Positions 36,911 to 46,964 of a stretch of 46,964 bases of DNA are shown piece by piece. Source of the DNA: Octopus bimaculoides (lineage: Eukaryota); the NCBI RefSeq assembly GCF_001194135.2, contig NC_068990.1, positions 82,941,175-82,988,138 on the forward strand, given 5' to 3'. A program made the translations under genes and the position numbers. Within the stretch, counting starts at the first letter, position 1. Each line of letters begins with the position of its first letter. The notes below the pieces were generated by a model, which was given only the letters and a program-made list of their open reading frames with translations, was not told where the DNA came from and did no database searches.

Positions 36911-37439
36911 AAATCTCCTTTGATTCACCAGAAGTGATGAGATACAGAATTCAAGAGAAGCGTTAACTATTCTTTAATGCATTATAACTAAAAGGCTTTT
37001 ACTTCAAGTAGAGTGGCAAGTTTCCGGCTATAATAAGACAGAAACAAAGACAGAATTAGTCGACTGGTAAATAGTACAACCGCAGTAAATTATACTTTCA
37101 ACTTTGTTTTATTTAGTATACTAAATACCTCATATTGTTTCATCAACAGCTAGTATCTTATGTGCTGTTGTCATGAATAATTATCACTTCCTTTCTCATT
37201 AGTTTAAGTAATTAAAGGACACTTGCCTAGAGGGATCTTTCTTGTGTCAATTAAACGGTGGCATTGCCGTATCTCTTCAGCATTGTAAGGAAAAGAAGAA
37301 ATTGACGGACGATTCGTGTTGCTTTTATATAAATCACAGAGGAAGAGAGCTTGCATCAGATATGACCTTGGGTTAAGTAGAAGTGAAACTGGGTGGAAAA
37401 GAAGCCGGTGAGATGATTTGACCACCTACTCGTAAAAGA

Positions 37440-37568
37440 ACATGATGATGACGATTTCATTCAGGACGATGATGATGATCATGGTCATCATTATGATAGG
37501 GGCGGCGGGGTCGGCGGTGGCGGGAGTGGCTGTTACGGGGGCGGAAGTGGTGGTGGTGGTGGTTGTCG

Positions 37569-37628
<60 letters not shown>

Positions 37629-38150
37629 CGATGATGATGATGATGATGATGAGGAGGAGGATGATGATGACGACGATGATGATGATGATGAGAGGACGAT
37701 GATGATGATGAGGACGACGATGATGATGATGATGAGGGGGAGTGGGAGGAGGAGGGGAGGATGCAGAAGTCGATAACCACAAGCACGTGGAGGAGGACAT
37801 ATATGTATGATGAATAATAATTGATCATAATGACCCCCGTGGCCAGGAAGCTGGTGTTGTTAGTTTTGTGTGGGCGCGTCTTTATCGGTAGCAATGTGCA
37901 AGTAGTCTTAATGTAGAAATAATTTAGCAGAATACTTCTTCCAACGGTGATCATGATGTGGAAGAGGAGGAAGAAGATGGCCACGACGACTACGACGACG
38001 ATGGCGACGATAGCGGCGATGACGACGATAACGGCGCTGACGACGACAGAGATAACAGCGACGAAGAAGATGACGGCGATGACGAAGATGAAGACAACAA
38101 TGCCGACAAAGATGGCGACGTCGATGATGATAACGGTGCCGTTGAAGATC
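37440..38150. repeat. Two blocks of degenerate (GAT/GAC/GGT/GAG)n trinucleotide repeats
   Basis: Blocks ~37440-37760 and ~37945-38150; source of poly-M/H/I/D ORFs. Confidence 0.9.
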
Positions 38151-39569
38151 AACAATCTTTCATCGTACAGCTGGTAATTTACACAGTTGTCCAAGTTATT
38201 ACTGTTTTATACTTCTCTACAAAGTTACTAAGGTTGAACGTTTTATTCTTTTTATTATATCCCCATATAACCAAAAAACATTAATTCTTTTCCGTGCAAA
38301 TATCTTTTTTATGGCCACGGAATTCTAATTAACATCAGTTTAAAAGACCATATGCACACGCACGCTCATATATACATGCTCACACATACTAATATTTATA
38401 CAGCCTGCCCTCCAATTACTTTTACAATCTGAAAAATTCAGAATAAAATATAATAACTCACCAGGTGGCTTGCAACCAATGGAGCGGAGATGCAAGTTCT
38501 CTGGTGTTTCTAATAAAATTTCATTTGTTTGTTTATATTCCGCAATACACTCTGATTAGTTATCCTTACTTTTCTTGGGTTCGGGTTGATGTGTCGATAG
38601 TACGACACCCTCTGATGGGAACAGACGGGAGCAGTTTACAGTTCGAATTAGTGTGTTGGAGATATTGCTTCCTGGTTCGTTATAGATTATTGGCTCGTTA
38701 CGTGTTTATTACTGCTGCTGTTTCTATTTTGTGTTGTTATAACACTGTTACAGTGTAGTCTTTATCTGTCTCGACAATGTCAACCGTATTACGACATTGG
38801 AGGCATAAGGATATATAACAAAGGCTAAAATTGTAAAGGTAATTTATGGACAAACTGTATATGTCGCTATACATATATATATATATATATATACTGAGGT
38901 GAGTATGGTTTTCCTAAACCTAACAATGAGTCGAATATCCTCCTATGTGGCTAGGTCGGGATAAATCATTCTCGGCACACCTTTATCCCAACGATTTGTG
39001 GCTTTTGTCGTTTCCTATTTTCCCTCCAACTCATTGAGTATATTTATGTACATATTAATATATACTGAGTCTGCAAGTTGCTTTTCTGAATTCATCCAAT
39101 GAGATGTTTAAGAACCTTCCTTTCAGTATATATGTTTCTTCTTCTTCTTCCCCCTTTCTTGTTCTCCCTTTTGACTGAATAGTTCTTCATCCAGCTAGAT
39201 ATATCATCCAAATTATGTCATTTTAACAAGGCGGTGTCTTTCCGTCCGTTTGTGCTGTGATTTTGAAATGAATTCTGCCTTTCATTCTTTCGGTATCAAT
39301 AACAAAGAATATTTTAACCACTACAGAATATTGGTGGAACTGTTACAGTATACGGCGATGTTTTGCACCATGTGACCTTTTTATGTTCTAACAACAAAGA
39401 CTGCAACGGAACCAGTTTAAACCTGTCTTAGCCCAAGTCAGCGGTTTTGCTCTTTAATAAACGTCACTGGCATAGAGAAGGAAGACTTAGATGGAAGGCA
39501 ATTATTAGCCTTTCTCAAAAAATCTTCCTCAGGCCTATACATGTATGTGCAGACGCATGAACAACGGAG

Positions 39570-39727
39570 GTCATGCATATATATCCCCTCAAACTACACA
39601 TAACCATCTTATATATACGGGAAAGACTGTTAGTGTAATTCTAGATAGAGTCTCATATAAAAAGCGAGAATTATCACAATTGTGATGTCTTTCATCTTAG
39701 GTCCCCCGATCATAGATGACCCAGGTT
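39570..39727 (+). mobile_element. Diverged copy of repeat family C
   Basis: GTGTAATTCTAGATA...TGTCTTTCATCTTAGGTC..GATCATAGATGACCCAGG resembles 4790-4850. Confidence 0.35.
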
Positions 39728-40064
39728 GAAAAAAAAAAATGAATCAGAGTATTACTATGATATGTTCGTTTGTAATACGATTGCTAACAGTGTCATTAAA
39801 TATATTGAAACTTGGATATTTTCTGTTTCTTCCAAATGTGTAATCCTCGTGCAAAGTTACAAACCGTTGTTATTCTTTCATTTTTTTAATTATTTTATTG
39901 CTTTCAGTCATTAGACGGCTGCCATGTTGCTACATTATCTCCATTCTTTTGTAGCCACTCATATCGACATCAGTCTGTTACTTATGTTATCGACCTGTAT
40001 TTATCGAATAGTTATGTTACCTTTTGATGTAAGCCGACGCAAATCGATAAATCGTTTCACAACT

Positions 40065-40252
40065 GCGTATATATATATATGTACGCACACAACCACGTAC
40101 ATCCATCCATACATACACACACACATACATACATACATACATACATACATACACATACACATACATGCATACATACATACATACATATATACATGAATAC
40201 ATACATACATACATGCATACATACATACATACATACATACATACATACATAC
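40065..40252. repeat. (CATA)n array
   Basis: Direct reading. Confidence 0.95.
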
Positions 40253-40941
40253 TCGCAAACTTATTTATGCACATACATATGTATAGGTGTTTTTGTTTAC
40301 AAACATATTCGTATATAAGGGTTACAATTTTCTTTTTAGGCATACATAGAAACACGACTGCGTTCAAGTAATATCTTTTTTGAAGACAGTTCTTTTATTA
40401 TTTTTCTCAAAGATCATTTTGAAGTTCGTTTTGCTCAACAACGTTCTTAACTCTATCACCCACACCGACTGGCTCTTTTTATAAGCACTTCGTGAACTAA
40501 GAATATAATGTTCTATTTGCAAGTCAATGTAACAGTTGGTGCAATTAACTTTACAATGCTCAAGTTTACAATTCACTGTATCATCCGAATTGATCATTAG
40601 TAGTTTGTATTCGGGTTTCCTTGCATTTGGTTTGATGCTTTTCTAGCATATTACTGTTCAAATGCTGCTAAAACTAACTTGTTCATAGTATGATCACGTC
40701 ACAGACGTTAAGGTTACCATAGTTTCTGGTAATAAGACTATTTGTACTGTTATCAACAACTATAAAACATGTATTTACACACACCAACAACACTTCATAT
40801 GTCGTAGATGAAACTGTGAAAGAATAAAAGCGTTGACAACGAATTTAAGAATCTTATGGCTCAGAATGCATCGTAAGGAACTCATATGGGAATAGAAAGG
40901 AAAATGCTAGGAAACAAGATCATATTCATTTTCTCCATACG

Positions 40942-40972
<31 letters not shown>

Positions 40973-41258
40973 GACACGACTACTAGTGGTGAATTTGGAA
41001 TTCCACGTCGTAGTGTATCATCCGGTCTGTGCGCGCGTGTGCAGCAGTGTCTGTCTCTGTATCAAAGATTCAAATTCCTTTGCTTTCGGTAATAAGAAGC
41101 ATCAGTTTATTACTCGGAGACAGAATTGTAGAAAACCGCCTTGTAGCCATTATTAAACAATTATTCGTATGATAGCCAATGCTACGCCGAGGTTGCTTCC
41201 TCGAAATATAAGCACATACTTTCGTATGTGAGTGTGTGTGCGTGTGGGTGTATGTGTA

Positions 41259-41665
41259 ATCGTCAATTATACGGGGCTTATGCGCATACACATGTGCCTT
41301 AAGGTTTCCCCACAAGAAATAATCACACATGGACAAATCAGGGGACTGAGGTTGGCAAGGAATATCAGCAAACCTGGAAATGCGGTGGTCACAGAGGAGA
41401 GGGCGAAGAATGTCTATTGAGATTCTTACTGTGTGGGCCGTCGCCCCATTCTTTTGAAACATACAGTCGAATATGCATACGTTTTCGTCGTAATTCAGGC
41501 ACAAGGAAATTGTTTATCATCTCGATGTAACGCTCGGAGTTCACAGTAACAGCATTTCCATTATTGTCTAGAAAAAAGTAAGGACCAATGATGGTAACTT
41601 TTCTAAAAGCACACCAGACCGTCACTTTTAGGTTCTCATTTGAAACGAGAACATAGAAATGCATG
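41259..41665 (-). mobile_element. rosa (DD41D) Tc1/mariner transposase catalytic relic
   Basis: KVTVWCAF..IIGPYFF...AVTVNSERYIEMINNFL; FQKNGATAHT...SPDLSMCDYFLWGNLKAHVY; 41 residues between second (decayed D>N) and third catalytic positions. Confidence 0.9.
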
Positions 41666-41854
41666 AAGTAACCTCAGACCTGAGAAGGTTTCAGAATCAG
41701 AATTGGTAACAAATATCAATTCAGTTGCTTCAACAAGAGAGATATTTGGGAATGACTTGAGTTAACTTGAATAAGGAAATACATTTGCTCAAAGATAATC
41801 TTGATCAGCGTATTCCTGAGTCTAAATAATATGCATGTGTATTAATTAACGAGA

Positions 41855-42040
41855 GAGCCTCCGGGTGGTTGCTCAGCCTGTCAGAAATAGCATCCAAGTT
41901 TCCCTTCAGCTATACTTTATGGTATTAATTAAGGTAACGCTGGATAACTTAGTGCTAAGCACACTGTTTCAGAGACAGATTACAGGGTGCCTCCCGGAAC
42001 ATTTTTGATCGTTGTTCTGAATCGTCAGCAATAACAATTT
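41855..42040 (+). mobile_element. Copy of repeat family C
   Basis: GAGCCTCCGGGTGGTTGCTCAGCCTGTCAGAAATAGCATCC...GATCGTTGTTCTG..CAATAACAA. Confidence 0.5.
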
Positions 42041-45000
42041 GCATACATGTCAAATATTCTGTTTTGTTCAGTATATTCTCAGAAGTTATGTTAAAAAAGT
42101 TTTTTCAATAATACACGCGATATTGATCCAGCTATTTGCTAAGAGTCTTTATTTTTTGAATCCACATAAAACCAAGGTAGATTTTGCGTTTCATATTTAT
42201 AGGCACGATTAAAATCAGTTCCAGTCGCGTACTTTGTTTGATTCGTATCGATTGTACAGTTTTCCAAATTGTGTGACCTTATGTTCATGATAGAAATAAT
42301 TATAGAATCAAAGTGGCGATCATGAAGGGGCATGAAACAAGTTGCTGTGTGCACACTTCATAACTTGGGTGCAGTCCTATTTACAATCGATTCGCTTTCA
42401 CAATATCGTATGAAAAGCGTTAACTTTATATTGGACGAAAGAAATTCATTTCCTGGTTGAGGATATATCATGTGTCTATCATGCAGCAATTTAAATCAAA
42501 GAAAAGACTGTGATTTGGCGAACTAAATGACATAAAGTATTTCATCTCATTTCTTTTGATATTCAAATCCCACTGGTTTTGAAAACGCCATCTATCCTTC
42601 CAAACTTCATGAAAGAGTCACCAGTAATAGCTTGGTGTCAATCCAATCAACTAAACCATTTCCTAACAACTTTTGCTTCTAATATTCATTTATCATATAA
42701 AAATCAATACAAGTTCTAAAAAATAGATGCAGAAAAAAAAAAACAATATTAAAAATGTAAAATTCTTTGAAATAAAATCATTTCAACAAGGACAGGTTCG
42801 GAGTTTGAAGCAAGATGATTCAACCGATTCGAAAATTGGTTGAATGCAATTACAGTTATTACAAGTTGGTTGCCGACATGCATCACTGTGTAAAATTCCT
42901 TTCATCGAAATCCACGTTTTCCATCTCAACAAGAAAGGCAAAAATGAACGGCAGGTGATGAGTATAAAAACGTAAAAATATTACGGTTGGTTAACAACAC
43001 AACTCATCGACACAGTTAAAGCTGAATGAGAATTTTTGATCGATAAACTGATAAAGATCAGATTTCAGTTATTATCATCAAATCTGCTTGGCAAATATCT
43101 AATATGAAAATCAAAACTAAATAGCTAAAACATGAGAAAGAAAACTATTATTTCATACAGGAAAGAACGCGAAAAATATATTACAGGTATAGACTCAATA
43201 GTTTGACTCCGTGATATTTGGCTGAAAAACTGAGATCAGGGTTAATATGTTTTTCTACAATTTAGTAGATTTTTCTGTATTCTACATCCTTTGTCATTCA
43301 TACATCTGGAATTAATTAATTGCATACCAGTACTGAATTGGGTTCTAGGGTATCAGCTATGGCTTTTGAGACCGACTGAACATGGTTGGCAAGACACACA
43401 ATGTAATATGACTCCGTTGGTAGGTGAAGATTAATTCAATCCCCGTTGCTTCCCTCACGAGAAAAACTCTAGTGAGCCTGAGTTACCCGTTGAAGATACC
43501 GAAGTGTTTTCAACAATGCAGTATCTTGAGTTACCATTAGAACATCCTCAAGTAGCCCTTGCAATTTATGCTTGGGTAAAGCATCTCTGATATTTATTTC
43601 ACCTATTTTTGACCAGCACCGAAATGTTGGTAATTAGCCAGTATTTGACGACTAGACGAAACCGTTTCAGTTCGCTAGTTCCGTTCTAAAAATACGAAGT
43701 TCTAATAAATCGCTCTTAGAACAGCCAAATATAAAAATTGGGAAATGAAGCCGTAATTTTCATATTCCGCTAAGAAATATTTCAACATTGCATTTTAATT
43801 TTTTTTTTTTTATTAGAAAGCATTGCAGTCACTATTTTACCCTCTCCTCGAAATGATGTGACAATGAAAAATCTATTACTTCGTTCTTTCCTTAACATGC
43901 AAGCTATATCCAAAAACAGATATGTGTTCAGGAAAAAAAAAATCAGCGTGGGCTATTTAGGGAAATAAAACGGAAATCGATTACAAAATCGATGTGAGAA
44001 TATCAAGTTATCGCCCTCCCTTCTAATAAATTATATTAAAAGACATGCAAGTCACTGCCATCTACGATATATTATTTTTTTTCCCTTTATATAAATATCA
44101 AGCATCGTGTCTAAATAAGAAAATATTGTAAATCTCGAGCGTTCTATTTCTTTTCTCTTACCGGGTTTTCTCCTAACTTTTTGATGTAAAATAGTTTCAA
44201 AAATCACTCAGCTGTAGTGAGTTAATAATGACGGATTATAGAAAATATATATTTCCTTTACAGAGTTCTTTGAAATTTTAACCGCAACACATCAGTGAAT
44301 ATTCTAAGGTAAATTACTGGCTTGCTGTGAAATACCACTGCCTTTGATACTACATAGAAGGTTTGGAGTCTTTGCTGTTGGTGGTAATAATGGTAGTTGT
44401 GATTTGGTGGTTGCAGTTGGTAGGAGTGGCAGTCATCGTTGTGCTCTTAGTGTGGTTGGCTGTTGTCGTCGCTATAGTAATGTTGAAATGAATCAAAATA
44501 TTTCGAATACTGACAATTTGGTTTCCATTGAATTATTGGCTTGTCGTTTCCCTATATTCTTTACTTGAAACACTGCAAAGCAGAGATTAGAGGAGCAACA
44601 TGCGTGTAGATACACACATGCATACACATTATTCTAGAAAAAAACAGACACATACATACACATCACACAAACACCTCTCTCGTTTTCTCTCTTTGTTAGC
44701 GTTTATGAATATATATATGTTTATATATATATATATATATCCTTTCATTCTTTTAATGGTCTCAGTCGATACATACGCATGTGTCTACATTTGAAGTAAC
44801 TGAGGTATGTACAGTATGCGAACTATATAGAGGTATTTACTTGAAAGTCTTTAGCTGCAGGGTTAAGGTGATATGAAAATATGTTAAATTTCTAATAATT
44901 TCTTAAATCCAAATAAACGTAGCTTAATCGAATAAACTACCTATAATCTCTCCTTAGTTGCATTTACTAACGTAATCGGTAACGTAATTAATTAAACATT

Positions 45001-45400
45001 ATATATTTAAATAAAACACGGCGCAAGTCATAATAACTTGAGCATGCATGATTTAAAAATGACTTCGTCTATTTATTTGCAAGATTTACCCCGGCATCGC
45101 ATATTATGTCGAATAGATAAGCGAAAAATGTAGTCCTGAAGACAGTTGTTGCAGCAGCTGCAGTATTTGACAGGAGGTTGACTCGGCTACACATTACTAA
45201 AATTTCATTGGCGAAGACCGTACCACCATTCTCGCATGTGAGAGTTCACATTGAGAGAGAATTCAAAAGAAATTTTAGAATATTGAAATGGTTTCCAGAT
45301 GAGAATATATGCACCTATGTAGGTCATTTCAGATCACGTGGATTTGGCTAGGCATCAACAGTAATATTTTCATTATACGGTTTCAGTAAATACTGGGTGA

Positions 45401-45445
<45 letters not shown>

Positions 45446-45538
45446 CAAGGTTTCTTGTCAATAGAGAAAGAGTCGGTTTCTAACCTAGATTGGAAGTCAC
45501 CTTCATTGGAATTTCAACATCAAAAACGGGGTATTTTT
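45446..45538 (+). mobile_element. Second copy of ~100-bp repeat family E
   Basis: Aligns to 17507-17595; flanked by (TA)n and (TATG)n. Confidence 0.8.
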
Positions 45539-45924
45539 GCACGTATGTATGTATGTATATGTTCAGGATTTGGAGTCAGTACAAGTGCAGATGCATATGT
45601 TTACTTTTATATATAAATTCTTATGCATATACTTGCATGTCTAGATATGCGGATATATATTTGAATGATAAACGTCTGGAAAGTTTTACAGATTTTTACA
45701 GTTTCAGTGATAGCTTGGATCTGTACTCTTCGAGTCAGCTTTCTCCTTTCTGGTTTCGAAATGCCTAATTTCTCAAGATTGGTATAGTCACGCAGATTGG
45801 TACTTAGGCAGTACCTCAATAATTAGAGGTATAAATCTGAACCTATAATCTGGATAGAATAAATACAGATTTGTCAATAGTTGAACGTAGGTATCCATTT
45901 TTCTCTGACCTTAAGTTTTAAGTT

Positions 45925-46520
45925 AACATGTATGTGTGCATATATGCATATATGTATATAGTTATGTATGTATGTATGTATGTATGTATGCATGGAGTTA
46001 TGAATGTATATATGTATGTATGTGTATATGTATGTATTTATATATGTATGAATATATCCAAGTATGTATGTACGTATGAATGCATGTATGTATGTACGTA
46101 TACATGCAATTATGTATGTATGTATGTATGTATGTATTTATGCATATATGCATGTATGCATTAGTTATATATATATATGTATATATATATATGCATGAAT
46201 ATATGCAGTATGCATGTATGTAGGTATGTATATATGCATTTATGTACGCGCATGTATTACGTATGTATCTATGCGTATGTATACGTATATGCAAGTATGT
46301 ATGCATTACGTATGTATATATGTATGAATGCATATATGCATATATGTATGCACATATATGTGTATGTATATCTGCATGTATGCAAGTACGTATGTATGTA
46401 TACACATGTGTATGTATGTATGCACGTATGCATGTATGTATGTATGTATGTATGCATGTGTGTGTGTATGTGTGTGTGTATGTATGTATGTATGTATGTA
46501 TGTACGTATGTATGTATGTA
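45925..46520. repeat. Long degenerate (TATG)n/(TA)n alternating purine-pyrimidine array
   Basis: Direct reading; source of MYVC/HTYI ORF artefacts. Confidence 0.95.
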
Positions 46521-46779
46521 AGAAATATAAGAAAAGAGGGAAGTTTCAGAATACGCCAAATGTCGAAATTTTCAAACATGCGTATAGATATGTGTGTTTA
46601 AAACAAACAATATTTTTTTTTTATCGTAGGAGGGAAATATATTTATTACATATCTAAATAGATATGAAAGCAAAAATAAGAAAATATATTTTCATAAAAC
46701 ATTGTTTCCATATATCAGTTTTACTGTAAAAATATTAGCGTCTGTTTTCACAAGGTGTTTTTGCACACATAATACCAAA

Positions 46780-46927
46780 AAGAGAGAGAGAGAAAGAGGG
46801 AGAGGGAGAAGGAGAGGAAGAGAGAGAGAGAAGAAGAAGAAGAAGAAGAAGAAGAAGAAGAAGAAGAAGAAGAAGAAGAAGAAGAAGAAGAAGAAGAAGA
46901 AGAAGAAGAAGAAGAAGAAGAAGAAGA
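46780..46927. repeat. (GA)n then (GAA)n microsatellite
   Basis: Direct reading. Confidence 0.97.
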
Positions 46928-46964
46928 ATTTACATATTACTCAAAAGTTTTTGAATAGACAAAT

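Noticed and set aside
37426-38284. Acidic, poly-His, poly-Met and poly-Ile ORFs (e.g. MEEEEEDGHDD...)
   Set aside because: Degenerate GAT/GAC trinucleotide repeats open in multiple frames on both strands; no splice or homology support
38893-38904. Perfect donor GAG|GTGAGT
   Set aside because: Preceded by (TA)n with no plausible acceptor or open frame; likely chance or a TE end
43330-43600. GC-richer island with short open frames
   Set aside because: No motif, splice pair or repeat partner identified
39924-46657. MYVC/HTYI-repeat ORFs
   Set aside because: (TATG)n translations

Overview
AT-rich, microsatellite-dense animal genomic DNA with five N-gaps (8435-8934, 13595-13793, 25537-26528, 33708-34035, 35133-35459). 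The tRNA-derived SINE families resemble, from my recall rather than a search, those of Octopus (coleoid cephalopod) assemblies. No intact long gene is visible, and nearly all ORFs in the track are microsatellite or N-gap artefacts. The recognisable coding sequence is decayed transposable element: two RLE-type non-LTR retrotransposons (R4/Dong-like 15.7-17.5 kb; Hero-like 28.1-29.0 kb), a Penelope-like RT relic, a probable Gypsy pol relic, several mariner fragments (one with DD34D spacing), rosa/DD41D Tc1-mariner fragments including a TIR-bounded deletion derivative, and a Chapaev3-like transposase split by a SINE with a 15-bp TSD. A few short splice-site-bounded open frames may be exons of a large host gene; the best are 19444-19496 and 20660-20748 on +, which are phase-compatible. 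I found no convincing evidence for a novel biological system. The best leads are the candidate exon chain, microsatellite-abutting RLE LINE 3' ends, a structured Hero 3' UTR with a partial hammerhead-like core, and near-identical inverted SINE pairs (possible ADAR substrates). All family assignments come from manual translation and remembered motifs, not database searches.
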